From: Armatimonadota bacterium
GTDB lineage: Bacteria > Armatimonadota > SYMT01
Direction: 5' to 3'
DNA length: 64,000 nucleotides
NCBI GenBank assembly: GCA_046292385.1
Contig: JBKBRF010000017.1
Location: 1-64,000 of the forward strand
Both the position numbers and the translations under genes were made by a program. Positions 1-9,770 of the stretch are shown here, piece after piece; the stretch's first letter is position 1; each line of letters opens with the position of its first letter. The notes beneath the pieces were generated by a model that searched no databases, was not told the origin of the DNA, and worked only from the letters and a program-made list of their open reading frames with translations.

Positions 1-68
1 GGCAATGCGGCGGCAGCCATGCCTGTAACTCGGTGGAGACCTCGTAGCGCAACCGCCAGTCAGGCACG

Positions 69-100
69 AAAAAAGGTGGTGGCAGTAATCTGCCACCACC
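69..100 (-). terminator. Rho-independent terminator-like hairpin
   Basis: 11-bp stem ggtggtggcag/ctgccaccacc with a 4-nt loop, followed on the minus strand by T6; lies downstream of the minus-strand Lrp-DUF2917 pair. Confidence 0.7.
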
Positions 101-254
101 AACTGCGGAACTTGGGCTAGCTCGGCTGGAGCACGAGGTCCAGAACCTCATGAAGCGTCTCGAGGTGATGGACCAGGACACTTCCGAGTGACCAGTGAGC
201 CATCGCTAGACCACCCGTCCCTCGCCGTCCGCCATTGTTTCCGCCCCGGCGTGC

Positions 255-590
255 TCAGCGCTCCGCGACGGTGAGGGTGGCCGGGGTCAGCGCCTGCACC
301 ACCAACGCTCCGGCGCCGGCGGTCTCCAGCGACTCCCCGGCGCGGAGTCGGTGATCGGTGAGGTCGCCGGCCTGCGTTACCCAGAGCTCGCCGGAGAGGC
401 ACCGCACCCGCATCCCAGCCGGCTGCGGACGCCCGCTCCACCCGCGCCGCTCTCCGGATCGCGCCTGCACGCTCAGCACGGCCCCGCTTTCCAGCACCAT
501 CCGGATCGGGCTGGAGGCCCGCGCGTCGAGCGTGGTGTCGCGGGCGACCCGTGGAAACTCGGCTGCCACGCTCTGAAGGTGTACGATCAT
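255..590 (-). CDS. DUF2917 domain protein
   Basis: Motif RVRCLSGELWVTQAGDLTDHRLRAGES; start overlaps the Lrp stop. Confidence 0.75.
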   Translation of the reverse strand: MIVHLQSVAAEFPRVARDTTLDARASSPIRMVLESGAVLSVQARSGERRGWSGRPQPAGMRVRCLSGELWVTQAGDLTDHRLRAGESLETAGAGALVVQALTPATLTVAER

Positions 591-1147
591 CGCTGCCTCC
601 GTTCCGCGGTCAGCACGCCGCCGGGGCCGTTCACGTGAGCGGCCCCCGTGGCTGCCGGCTTCTGCACGGCGGCCGCCGCAGGGCTGCCCGCCCGGATCTC
701 ACGTCCGGTCGTCTCCCCGAAGGTGGAGAGCGCGACCGTGGTCATCGTGTTCTGCACGCCCGGCAGGTCGAGGATCTGGTCCAGCAGCTCCTGCAGCGCC
801 AGGGAGGAGGCGGAGCGGGTCTTCACCAGCAGGCACCACTCGCCCGCGACGCGGTGGCACTCTTCCACCACCGCGGTATCGGAGGTGAGCGCCAGGATGC
901 CCTCGCCGACTGCCATGCACTTGGAGTTGATGCGGACCCACACGAACGCCGTGAGCGGAAGCCCAAGCGCCTCCCAGTCCACGACCGCGCGGTAGCCCCG
1001 CAGCACTCCCGCCTGCTCGAGCCGCCGCACCCGCTCGTGGACGGCGGGGCGGGAGAGGTGCACCTCCCGCCCGAGCTGCTCGTGCGTGAGCCGCCCGTTC
1101 TCCTGCAGCAGCCGGACGATTTGAATGTCGATCGCGTCGAGCTTCAT
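587..1147 (-). CDS. Lrp/AsnC family transcriptional regulator
   Basis: MKLDAIDIQIVRLLQENGRLT...LSRPAVHERVRRLEQAGVLRGY HTH plus C-terminal ECHRVAGE ligand-binding domain; start reassigned to ATG 1147. Confidence 0.92.
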   Translation of the reverse strand: MKLDAIDIQIVRLLQENGRLTHEQLGREVHLSRPAVHERVRRLEQAGVLRGYRAVVDWEALGLPLTAFVWVRINSKCMAVGEGILALTSDTAVVEECHRVAGEWCLLVKTRSASSLALQELLDQILDLPGVQNTMTTVALSTFGETTGREIRAGSPAAAAVQKPAATGAAHVNGPGGVLTAERRQR

Positions 1148-1461
1148 GCCCCTCAACCCTCCGTCCGACGATATGACGGTAGTATATCTATGGGGCCGAC
1201 GAGTGTTCAGGGGTCGCTGGGAGTTCCGACGAAGCGTCATGTTCAGCTTCGCTTCACGAGACGCGAGCGCGAAGAGGCACCGACGGTTCGTCGGCGTACT
1301 GCAGAAGAGAATCGTTTCGGTTGTTCGGCTGCTCACCCAGACGACGGGCCAGTCCTCACGGGCGGAGGCGGTATCTGGAGCTCGGGAAAGCTTCTGATCC
1401 ACCTGTCGCCCCGGGATAGGCGAAGCAGGAGTTTCCATCCGATCGCGCCGCACAGTACGTC

Positions 1462-1959
1462 ATGCACGTTGAAGTCCTCGCCGCGGGAGTCGCCGAGAAG
1501 CCACCCATCGAGCGCCTTTATCACCTGTACCTCCATGACCTCTCCGAGTTCGTGGAGCTGGAGGTAGACGACAGTGGGCTGTTCCCAGGCAGTGGATCCC
1601 TGGACGTGTGGTGGCAGAGTGACGCGCTCTTCCCGTTTCTGATCCGTGTGGACCGGAGGATCGCCGGGTTCGCCTTCGTCTGCTCGGTTCCCTATGTCTC
1701 GCGGGGGCGCACCTACCGGCTCAACGACTTCTTCATCCTGCGTGGTTACCGCCAGCAGGGTGTGGGGCGCACCGCCGCCGGCGGTGTTTTCGAGCGTCTC
1801 CGGGGCGACTGGGAGGTTGGCTGGGCCCCGGCAAACTTGCCGGCCGCCGCGTTCTGGAGGCGGGTGGTGGCGCAATACGCCTTCGGCACCCAGCAGGATG
1901 GTCTCGTGATGCAGTCTTCCGAAGAGGGCCTGCCGGGGCTCTATTTCAACAACGCATGA
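1462..1959 (+). CDS. GNAT family N-acetyltransferase
   Basis: FFILRGYRQQGVGR acetyl-CoA motif A and NLPAAAFW. Confidence 0.85.
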   Translation: MHVEVLAAGVAEKPPIERLYHLYLHDLSEFVELEVDDSGLFPGSGSLDVWWQSDALFPFLIRVDRRIAGFAFVCSVPYVSRGRTYRLNDFFILRGYRQQGVGRTAAGGVFERLRGDWEVGWAPANLPAAAFWRRVVAQYAFGTQQDGLVMQSSEEGLPGLYFNNA

Positions 1960-1990
1960 GCCGGGACCCACCGGGCGGCTTCCGTCGGGC

Positions 1991-3505
1991 TCAGCGACCC
2001 TGGCCCGGGTGAGCGCTGGTATAGCGGAGGTTGTCCAGGTAGAAGACGCACGCCTTGCCGTTGTTGTCCTGCATGTTGAAGACGCCGAAGCGGTCCATCA
2101 CCGCTCCCTCGGCGCGGGCGCCCGGCTCGAGCGGCAGTGTGAGCGACTGCGCGCCGAGTCCTACCGTGAGCGCGCCGCTTCCGCCCGCGGCGGAAGGGTC
2201 ATAGCGGAGCGACCATTCGTAGCGGCGCCCATCCGGGTAGAAGAGCAGCTCCGGCCCACCGAACGCCGCGCCGCGCAGGCGGTAAGCCCCCGGCTCTCCC
2301 TCGCGGCGAGCGCGGGAGGTGCCGTACATCGGCGCGAAGAAGCGGCCGGCGGTGGAGAGGCTGTCGAGGTAGACTCCCACGAAGCTCTTCGGCGGCCAGC
2401 CCTGCTCCCGGGAGTTGAACCAGCCGAGGTGCATCCCGGAGTCGATGGAGAAGGCGGGGAACGCCAGGGTGCCGCTGGCGGAGAGCGGGTCATTCAGCGT
2501 GAGGGTGCCGACGTCGTCGCCGTAGTAGCCCTTGAGCTCCGGCTCCTGCACGCGCCAGGCCCGGCCACCCAGCTCGCCGCGCCCGCCGCCGGCATAGCGC
2601 GTGCGCGAGTAGCCGAAGTCGTTGGAGCCGTAGTGGGCGCGGTCGACCACCCGGGCGCGGTTACCCTGGCCTTCCCAGCGCGGATCGACGGAGAGATCGA
2701 TCCGCTCTCCGTTCACCACCAGGTCGTCGAAGTAGGCAGTCAGCTCGTTCCCCGGGAGCTGGCCGTTGAAGAAGCCGAAGCGGTCGATCCGCGCGCCCAG
2801 TTTCCGCAGCTCCGGCCGCAGCGGGTGGACCGTCTCCGCGCCATCGAAGACAAAGGTGATCGTCCCCGGCCCGGCCGGGTCGTATCGGAGCGACCAGGTG
2901 TGCCGCTGACCGTCCGGCGCCACGCGCAGGAGCTCACGGTGATCCAGCTCCCGCACGTTCCGCTCCTGGTCGCCGCCGCCCCGGTTCACGAAGGTGCCGC
3001 CGGCGGTCCAGAGCCGGGTGCCGTAGCTGATCTCCACCGTCGCCCCGTCCGGCTCGTTGTAGCCTTCCAGCCGGAAGCCGACGAAGTCGACAGGCCGCCA
3101 GCCCTGCTCCCGGTGGTTGAAGAAGCCGGCGAAGACGGTGCTGCCGTTCTCGTAGCCGACGGTGGTGGTCGACTGCGTGAGGGCGAGCGTGCCGCTGGCG
3201 CTGAAGGCGTCGTCGAAGGTGAGCGCCGGCAGCCGCCTGGCGTAGGAGGCCGGCGTGAGGCTCCGCCAGACCGTCCCGCCGATGCGGCCATAGCGGAGGC
3301 CCGCGGCGTCCCGGCGGTAGCCGAAGTCCTGCTGCTTCACCTTCGGCGGCAGGGAGATCCGGTTTCGCGCCGCGTCCCAGCCCGGATCGCGGTCGAACCG
3401 CTCCACCTTCTGCCAGAGCCGCCCTTCCCCGGCCGAAACTCCCGGGGTGGTGCCGCAGGCAACGCCGGTCGCGAGTAGTAAAGGGGCCAGTATCCAGAGC
3501 CGCAT
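1991..3505 (-). CDS. Putative lipoprotein with an internally duplicated domain
   Basis: Lipobox-like LLLATGVAC; two homologous halves (DFGY...SASGTL...FN.REQGW.P..FVG...WSLRYDP...DRFG.FN). Confidence 0.7.
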   Translation of the reverse strand: MRLWILAPLLLATGVACGTTPGVSAGEGRLWQKVERFDRDPGWDAARNRISLPPKVKQQDFGYRRDAAGLRYGRIGGTVWRSLTPASYARRLPALTFDDAFSASGTLALTQSTTTVGYENGSTVFAGFFNHREQGWRPVDFVGFRLEGYNEPDGATVEISYGTRLWTAGGTFVNRGGGDQERNVRELDHRELLRVAPDGQRHTWSLRYDPAGPGTITFVFDGAETVHPLRPELRKLGARIDRFGFFNGQLPGNELTAYFDDLVVNGERIDLSVDPRWEGQGNRARVVDRAHYGSNDFGYSRTRYAGGGRGELGGRAWRVQEPELKGYYGDDVGTLTLNDPLSASGTLAFPAFSIDSGMHLGWFNSREQGWPPKSFVGVYLDSLSTAGRFFAPMYGTSRARREGEPGAYRLRGAAFGGPELLFYPDGRRYEWSLRYDPSAAGGSGALTVGLGAQSLTLPLEPGARAEGAVMDRFGVFNMQDNNGKACVFYLDNLRYTSAHPGQGR

Positions 3506-3633
3506 CCGATCTCCTCGGCTGGGGAGCCACGATACTCCTCTGGGAGCGAGGCTCCTCCGCCGGGTTTCGCCAAACGACCTGCTGCTCGGCCGGCAGGCAG
3601 GAAGACGCGCCCTTCCAGGACAAACCCACCGGT

Positions 3634-4062
3634 ATGGAACCTCGTCTGACTCTCATCACCCTCGGCGTGCAGGACCTCGCCCGCGCCATCAAGTTCTACC
3701 GGGACGGACTCGGCTTCCCGATGTCGAGCGCCAGCCAGGACGATATCGCTTTCTTCCGCACCGGCGGCGTGGCGCTCGCGCTCTATCCGCGCCACCTGCT
3801 GGCGGAGGACGCCCAGGTGCCGGACTCCGCACCCGGCTTCAGCGGCATCACGCTGGCGCACAACGTCCGCGAACGGGAGGAGGTCGACGGGGTGCTGCAG
3901 GAAGCAGTCGAGGCCGGCGCGGAGCTGGTGAAGGCGGCGGAAGACACCTTCTGGGGCGGGCGCAGCGGCTACTTCCGGGACCCGGAGGGCCACCTGTGGG
4001 AGGTGGCGTGGAACCCCCACTCGCCGCTGGACGAGCGTGGGTTCATGACCCTGGCGGAGTAG
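3634..4062 (+). CDS. VOC/glyoxalase family protein
   Basis: LITLGVQDLARAIKFY...FWGGRSGYFRDPEGHLWEVAWNP. Confidence 0.9.
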   Translation: MEPRLTLITLGVQDLARAIKFYRDGLGFPMSSASQDDIAFFRTGGVALALYPRHLLAEDAQVPDSAPGFSGITLAHNVREREEVDGVLQEAVEAGAELVKAAEDTFWGGRSGYFRDPEGHLWEVAWNPHSPLDERGFMTLAE

Positions 4063-4072
4063 GAGGCAAGCG

Positions 4073-4507
4073 ATGGCAAAGCGCGTGCAGGTGGTCTTCG
4101 ACTGCCTCGACCCGGCCCGCCTCTCCCGGTTCTGGGCCGAGGCGCTGGGATACCGGCTCTCGCCCCCTCCGGAAGGCTTCGGCTCCTGGGAAGAGGCGCT
4201 CACCGCGTGGGGCGTGCCGCGCGAAGAGTGGAACTCCGCCTCCGCCGTGGAGGACCCGGAGGGAGCGGGCCCGCGGATCTACTTCCAGCGCGTCGAGACG
4301 CCGAAGCGTGAGAAGAACCGCGTCCACCTGGACGTCGACGCCAGCGGCGGCACCGGCACCCCGGCCGAGGAGCGCTGGCCCCGCATCCAGGCCGAGGTCG
4401 AGCGGCTGCGCGCCCTCGGCGCCGTCTCCATGCGAGAAGGGGAGCAGCTCGGGGTCCGCTGGGTGGTGATGCAGGATCCCGAAGGCAACGAGTTCTGCGT
4501 CCATTGA
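4073..4507 (+). CDS. VOC family (glyoxalase-like) protein
   Basis: VVFDCLDPARLSRFWAEALGY...KNRVHLDV...MQDPEGNEFC; SD aggagg. Confidence 0.9.
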   Translation: MAKRVQVVFDCLDPARLSRFWAEALGYRLSPPPEGFGSWEEALTAWGVPREEWNSASAVEDPEGAGPRIYFQRVETPKREKNRVHLDVDASGGTGTPAEERWPRIQAEVERLRALGAVSMREGEQLGVRWVVMQDPEGNEFCVH

Positions 4508-4510
4508 CTT

Positions 4511-4553
4511 TGGTTGCAGGTTGCCAGGTTGCAGGGTGCAGGTTCCAGGTTCC
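4511..4553. repeat. Heptamer tandem repeat (CAGGTTG/CAGGTTC)n
   Basis: About 6 imperfect copies immediately after a stop codon. Confidence 0.6.
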
Positions 4554-5004
4554 AGACCCCTGCCCGTAGCGAAGCGATCTGTGCTCGTGTCAGGCGTTTC
4601 GCGGCCAAAGCGGGCCATGGCCATCGATACCAGGCGGGGCATGAGGCATCCGGAGACACTGCCGTAAGGCAGGGTCGGAGGATGCCACCTGTGACCACCC
4701 CTGGTGTGGCAGGGGTGGTAGCTCGACGGCGGCCGATTCAGCCCGTGAACACGGCCTGGGTGGAGATCACGGCGGAGGCGCGGGAAGAGCTTGGCGCATT
4801 GCACTCCCGCAGCGGCCTGCTAGCGGAGGCGAAGCCGGAGCGTGAAAAGGCCGCGGAGGGCCACCGCCGCGGGAGGGCTGAAGCGGCCGACTAGGGCTCG
4901 GGGTGGGGGCGACGTGGACAACTCTGCCTCACGACATTAACGGTAGAAGTCTCACGCCGTCAGAAGCCAATCACGCGACCGGATCCAGGTATAGAAAGAC
5001 AGCC

Positions 5005-5670
5005 ATGACCACCGAAGAAATCCTGGCCCAGCTCCAGGCCCTCGGCAGCGAGAAGGGTCGTCAGCTCAACGCCCGGCACGGCGCGGGGGAGAACCAGTTC
5101 GGCGTCAAGATGGGCGACATCCGCGCGGTGGCGAAGCCGCTGAAGAAGAACCCGGAGCTGGCCGCCGAGCTGTGGTGCACCGGAATCTCGGACGCCATGC
5201 TCCTGGCGGTCCTGCTCATGGATCCGAAGCGGCTCTCCGTAGACGAGCTGGAAGCGATGGTCTCCGCCGCCACCTATCCGCAGCTGGCGGACTGGCTGAA
5301 CAGCTACGTGGTGAAGCAGCACCCCCGGAAGGAGCAGCTTCGGCAGCAGTGGATCGACTCGCCCGATCCGATGCTGGGGCGGTCGGCATGGAGCCTGACT
5401 GCCGCGCGAGTGGAGAAGGACCCCGCGGGACTGGACCTCGCCGCCTTGCTGGACCGGCTGGAGGCGGAGATGGGCAGCGCGCCGGCTCCCACGCAGTGGA
5501 CGATGAACTTCACCCTGGCGGCCATCGGCATCCATCACCCGGAGCACCGGGAGCGCGCCCTTGCGATCGGGGAGAAGCTGGGGCTCTACCGCGACTACCC
5601 CACGCCCAAAGGCTGCACCTCCCCCTTCGCCCCGATCTGGATCACTGAAATGGTCCGGCGCCAGGGCTGA
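5005..5670 (+). CDS. DNA alkylation repair protein (AlkD-like)
   Basis: FGVKMGDIRAVAK...QWTMNFTLAAIGI...YRDYPTPKGCTSPFAPIWI. Confidence 0.85.
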   Translation: MTTEEILAQLQALGSEKGRQLNARHGAGENQFGVKMGDIRAVAKPLKKNPELAAELWCTGISDAMLLAVLLMDPKRLSVDELEAMVSAATYPQLADWLNSYVVKQHPRKEQLRQQWIDSPDPMLGRSAWSLTAARVEKDPAGLDLAALLDRLEAEMGSAPAPTQWTMNFTLAAIGIHHPEHRERALAIGEKLGLYRDYPTPKGCTSPFAPIWITEMVRRQG

Positions 5671-5932
5671 TCCGGGCTCAGAGCGAATCGCGGCGGCAGA
5701 GCCCGCCGTTCAACAGGGGCCTGCCGCCGGCTCCGGGCCCCCGATGGTGTGTCCAGGTACTTCTTTCGGGATTGAGTGGGAGCAAGGGAGAGTGGGGGAG
5801 TGGGAGACCCACTCCCGGAAGCAGCTTCTCAAGCTCGCCCTCTCCCCCACTCTCCCTTGCCAAATCCACCCATCCCTCCCGGCCTGGCGGAGGGGTGGCG
5901 GGAAGTCACGGACACGTTTCCCAATGGAGTTC

Positions 5933-5986
5933 TGAGCCCGCGCAGGCGGGCTTCGCTCCGTGTAGCCTCGACTTTAGTCCGAGGCG
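5933..5986. repeat. REP-like palindromic element
   Basis: agcccgc-gcag-gcgggct hairpin plus cttcg...gtagcctcgactttagtccgagg; resembles the copies at 28815, 36793 and 46811. Confidence 0.55.
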
Positions 5987-6014
5987 AAAGCGGCCAATCA
6001 CTCCAGCGTACCCC

Positions 6015-6899
6015 TTAGCTCTTCTTGAGATGCCTCTCGAAGAACGCGAGGCGCGCCTGCTCCGCTCGCTCCGCGTCTTCGCCGCGGAAGCCGTGACCGG
6101 CGCCCTCCAGCGTCAGGAGCTCCGCCTCCACGGCGGAGGCCTTCAGCCGGTCGAGCATCCACTGTGCCTGCTCGTAGGCGACGTAGTTGTCTTTCGTCCC
6201 GTGGATCAGCAGGGTCGGCGCGGCGTTCGGGGTGACCCAGTAGAGGGGGCTGGAGCGGATGTGTCGTTCTCGAGCCTGCTCCAGGTTGCCACCCAGGAAG
6301 AGCGGCAGCACCTCCGCCGCGTCGACGCTCTTGCCGTACGACTGGGTGAAGTCGGACGGGCCGTAGTAGTTCACCACGCAGGTGACCCGGCTCGACTGCT
6401 CCGGGTGGCCGCCGGTGCCTTCGAACTCCTCCACGTCGGCCGTCACCCCCAGGAACTGGGCCAGGTGCCCGCCCGCGGAGTCGCCGGTGGCACCGATCCG
6501 GGCGGGGTCGAGGTGGTACTTCGCCGCGTTGGCGCGGAGCCAGCGCACCGCCGCCTTGACGTCGTGGACTGCCGCGGGGAACTGGTACCTGGGCGCCAGG
6601 CGGTAGCTCACCGTCGCCGCGACGTAGCCCTGCTCCGCCAGCCGCCGGATCAGCGCGTCGTGCCCGGAGCGGTTCCCCGCCCGGAACCCGCCGCCGTGGA
6701 TGCAGAGCACCGCGGGGAGCGGTCCCGCCCCCTCCGCCGGCCGCGCCAGGTTGAGCTGGAGGTGCTGCCCGTCCGGATTCGAGTACTCCAGGTTGTTCTC
6801 CACCACCACCGGGCGCGCCGGTGCCGCCGCCGCGGCCGGCTCCCGGCACGCCGCCACGGCGGCCGCGGCGGCGCCGGCGAGAAAGACTCTTCGCTGCAT
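6015..6899 (-). CDS. Alpha/beta hydrolase (esterase, BD-FAE-like), Tat signal
   Basis: IHGGGF, GDSAGGHLA, LIHGTKD, GAGHGF; N-terminal MQRRVFL. Confidence 0.9.
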   Translation of the reverse strand: MQRRVFLAGAAAAAVAACREPAAAAAPARPVVVENNLEYSNPDGQHLQLNLARPAEGAGPLPAVLCIHGGGFRAGNRSGHDALIRRLAEQGYVAATVSYRLAPRYQFPAAVHDVKAAVRWLRANAAKYHLDPARIGATGDSAGGHLAQFLGVTADVEEFEGTGGHPEQSSRVTCVVNYYGPSDFTQSYGKSVDAAEVLPLFLGGNLEQARERHIRSSPLYWVTPNAAPTLLIHGTKDNYVAYEQAQWMLDRLKASAVEAELLTLEGAGHGFRGEDAERAEQARLAFFERHLKKS

Positions 6900-7059
6900 C
6901 AAAGCCCTCCGATCCCTGGTCTTCGCCCAGGACCGGCGCGGCAGCGCGCCGGCAGACTGCTACCCCTCCTCTTCACCGCCGGGCCGGTCACCGCCTTCGA
7001 GATGCGCAGCGCTCGTCGGACTCCGCTCGCCGGTGCTCCCTGCCGCGGCCTCTGCCGCG

Positions 7060-7596
7060 TCACTCGATACCCAGTCGTTTCAATGCCGCGTCCAGGCCAG
7101 GGAAGTCGAGGCCGGACGTCCGGAAGGTGATGATCCCCTTCCGGTCGAGGACGAAAGTAGCGGGCACGGCGGTGACCTGGTAACGCTCCGCGGTGCCGTA
7201 GGAAGGAGGCTTCTCCAGATCCTGCTCCCGGTCCAGCCCCACCGGAAAGGTGACGCCGCTGTGGGAGAGATACGCGCGAACCGTCTCCCGCTCGTCGTTG
7301 AGGTTGACGCCGACGATCGCCAGGCCGCGATTCTGGTGTCGCTGGTAGAGCTTCTGAAGGTGAGGCAACTCCTCCCGGCACGGCGGTCAACCGACGCCCC
7401 AGAAGACGACCACCACCGCCTTCCGTCCGGAGAGCGCCTGCGAGAGCGAGATCTCCCCGCCGTCCGGGCGCGGCAGCACGAACGCAGGGGCGGGCTTCCC
7501 CACGGGAAGCAGCCTTCGGGTGGAGGCGCTCTCCGCACCGGCTGCGGTGGCCGCGAGCCAGATCGCCAGTAAGGCTGTGATGGCTCGAATTCGCAT
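7060..7596 (-). CDS. TlpA/redoxin family protein with in-frame UGA (putative selenocysteine, UxxC)
   Basis: Signal peptide, VGKPAPAFVL, then FWGVG-TGA(7387-7389)-PPCREELPHLQKLY...VGVN...VPATFVLDRKGII in one frame. Confidence 0.8.
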
Positions 7597-7610
7597 GGAG
7601 ATCACCGGCG

Positions 7611-7997
7611 CTAAGGTCGCAGCGTGCGCGGAAGCTTGCCGGAGGGCTGGAGGATCAGTACCGGCTGACCCCCCTTCTCCACCTCGAGGTGCGCCACCGC
7701 CGAGTCGCCTTCCAGGAGGAGTAGTCTCGGCCCGTGCTCGGGCGCGACGCTCAGGTTGACCTGTCGATCGTGATCCGGATCGTGCAGGGCGAGGGTAGCC
7801 GAGCCGGCCGATCGCGCTTCCAGGACCCCGCGAACCACTCCTTTCTCGTCCACCAGCTCGATCTTCCGGACGCGCAGCGTCTCGGCGCTCAGGGGCTGCT
7901 TCTGCTCCGGCACGGCGGGCTGAGCGTGCAGCGTGAGCCCGAGGAGCAGTCCGCAGCCGAGCAGCGCGGCGGTCCGTCCCAAGAGGTGCTTGCTCAT
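7611..7997 (-). CDS. Hypothetical exported protein
   Basis: Signal peptide, SD ggaggg, operonic position. Confidence 0.7.
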   Translation of the reverse strand: MSKHLLGRTAALLGCGLLLGLTLHAQPAVPEQKQPLSAETLRVRKIELVDEKGVVRGVLEARSAGSATLALHDPDHDRQVNLSVAPEHGPRLLLLEGDSAVAHLEVEKGGQPVLILQPSGKLPRTLRP

Positions 7998-8039
7998 CTC
8001 CCTCCCTCCCGTGAGGCGAGCGCACGATTGCGTCGCCGA

Positions 8040-9770
8040 TCACTCGCCGGTCTCCCGATCCAGCGCCTGCTCGATCTGCTCGCGGTGCCGGGACGGATAG
8101 GCGCGCTCGAGCTCGGCGGCTTTCCGGAGGGCCGCCAGCGCCTCCGGCCGCCGGCCCAAGTCCCGGCAAAGCTGGTAGAGCAGGAGCCACTCCCGGGAGA
8201 GCTCCCGCAGGCGCGCGCCGGTTGCCCGCTGCTGCTCCACCGACAGCTCCACCACCCGCCGCTGCCACTTCAGCGCCTGCTCCACGTCCCGTGCCTCCGT
8301 GCGGAAGTGGTGGGCCCGGGTGGCGGCCGCCCATTCCCGGATCGTCCATTCCGGCTCTTCGCCCCCCGGAGCCAGGGCCAGGAGCGGCAGGTAGTCCGGG
8401 GCTGCCGCGGCCGCGGGCCGGGCGACCGGGAAGCGGAGCGTGACCTGCCACGGCGCGCCTTCGTCCGCCGGGAGCGGGGGCTGCGCCCGGAACGTCAGGA
8501 TCAGCTCCCGGGGCGCGCGGCGTGGCTGCGGCTGCGGAATCACCCACCAGCTTGCGTGCAGGTCCGGAATGCCGAGGTCTTCCTCATGCGGTGCGCTCGG
8601 ATCCCGGGCCGCCCGGTACGGCCACCGGGGGACCGGCGGAAGGTAGGGGGTGCCGAGATCGTCTCGCAGCTCCACGCTCCAGTCCCGCTCGGGATCGCCG
8701 CTCCGGCTCACGGTGTAGAGCAGGAACACGTCCCCGTCCGGATTCAATTGCAGGTCCCGGACCGCGAATTCCCGGTCCGGTATCCGGCCCCTCGCCCGGA
8801 CCGTCCTGACCCGCTGCTGCCACTCCCGCCGCCTGGCTGCGAGATCCACGTAGCGCGTGGACGGGGGGAATTCGGGCCGGAACAGCTCCGACGGCAGCGC
8901 CACGTTGAACGTCGCCTCTCCCACCCGGTCGGTGATCCACGTGCTGCCGCTGAGACTCTGGCCCTCCCAACGGATCGGGAGATCGGTGGTCCGGTCCACG
9001 AGCATCCGGACACGTGCGACGCTCTCGCCGGAGAGCTCCAGGATCAGCTCGCGGGCGGGCCGGCCCTCGACCACCGGCTCGCCCACGATCCGGGTGCGCG
9101 AGCCGATGCCGGAGCGGACCTGGTCTCGAAGGATCGCCTGGAGCGTGAAGCCAGAGGAGGAGGCGAATGCCGCCGGGCGCTCCGCGTTCGAGACGGTGAC
9201 CCGCCGAAGCCCGGGCTGGTAGAGGTACCGCTTCCCCTCGCGGCAGATCTCGATCCGCCGGCCGCCGCCGCCCTCCACCCTCCAGGACGCCTCCTGATAC
9301 CACACCTCCTGCTCTTTCTCGCGCCGGGCATCCGCAGTCACCGACCAGAACGTGATGTGGGCAGACCGCGCGCCCGACATCGCGCGCTCGATCCGCTGCA
9401 CCGCCTGCGCCGCCGCGAGGTTCGGCTGCATCAGCAGCATCAACACGGCCGCTCCTACGGAAGCCGCCAGGGCGACCCCGCTCCGCAGCAGGAGGCGCCT
9501 TCCCCGACCGGCCGAGAGGGTGGGGTGGCTCTGCGTTCCGGAGGCGGCCAGGGACGAGAGAGCCGCGTCGACCCGCTGTGAGAACGCTGGGGTCGGCGGG
9601 AGCTCGGCGAGTGACCGGAGATCGGCCTGCAGCGCCTCGTAGTGCCGGAGCGCCTCGCTGCAGGCCGGGCAGGCGCGCAGGTGGCGTGCCAGCCGCCAGC
9701 GCCGAAGTCCGTGCAGCTCACCGGCGACAAGGGAGATGATCTGCTCTTCGTTCCGGCTGGTGCACGTCAT
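8040..9770 (-). CDS. Zinc-finger (ZAS) anti-sigma factor with TM helix and large extracytoplasmic region
   Basis: HLRACPAC motif, a TM segment, LolA-like/TPR-like C-terminus; directly downstream of the ECF sigma gene. Confidence 0.8.
   Translation of the reverse strand: MTCTSRNEEQIISLVAGELHGLRRWRLARHLRACPACSEALRHYEALQADLRSLAELPPTPAFSQRVDAALSSLAASGTQSHPTLSAGRGRRLLLRSGVALAASVGAAVLMLLMQPNLAAAQAVQRIERAMSGARSAHITFWSVTADARREKEQEVWYQEASWRVEGGGGRRIEICREGKRYLYQPGLRRVTVSNAERPAAFASSSGFTLQAILRDQVRSGIGSRTRIVGEPVVEGRPARELILELSGESVARVRMLVDRTTDLPIRWEGQSLSGSTWITDRVGEATFNVALPSELFRPEFPPSTRYVDLAARRREWQQRVRTVRARGRIPDREFAVRDLQLNPDGDVFLLYTVSRSGDPERDWSVELRDDLGTPYLPPVPRWPYRAARDPSAPHEEDLGIPDLHASWWVIPQPQPRRAPRELILTFRAQPPLPADEGAPWQVTLRFPVARPAAAAAPDYLPLLALAPGGEEPEWTIREWAAATRAHHFRTEARDVEQALKWQRRVVELSVEQQRATGARLRELSREWLLLYQLCRDLGRRPEALAALRKAAELERAYPSRHREQIEQALDRETGE

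Noticed and set aside
100..250. Riboswitch upstream of the minus-strand terminator
   Set aside because: Some hairpins are present but no aptamer consensus I recognise, and the downstream gene lies outside the window
4514..4894. CDS or RelE-like toxin fragment (WVEITAEAREELGAL)
   Set aside because: Similarity is too short, there is no clear start or partner antitoxin, and the 5' part runs through a heptamer repeat
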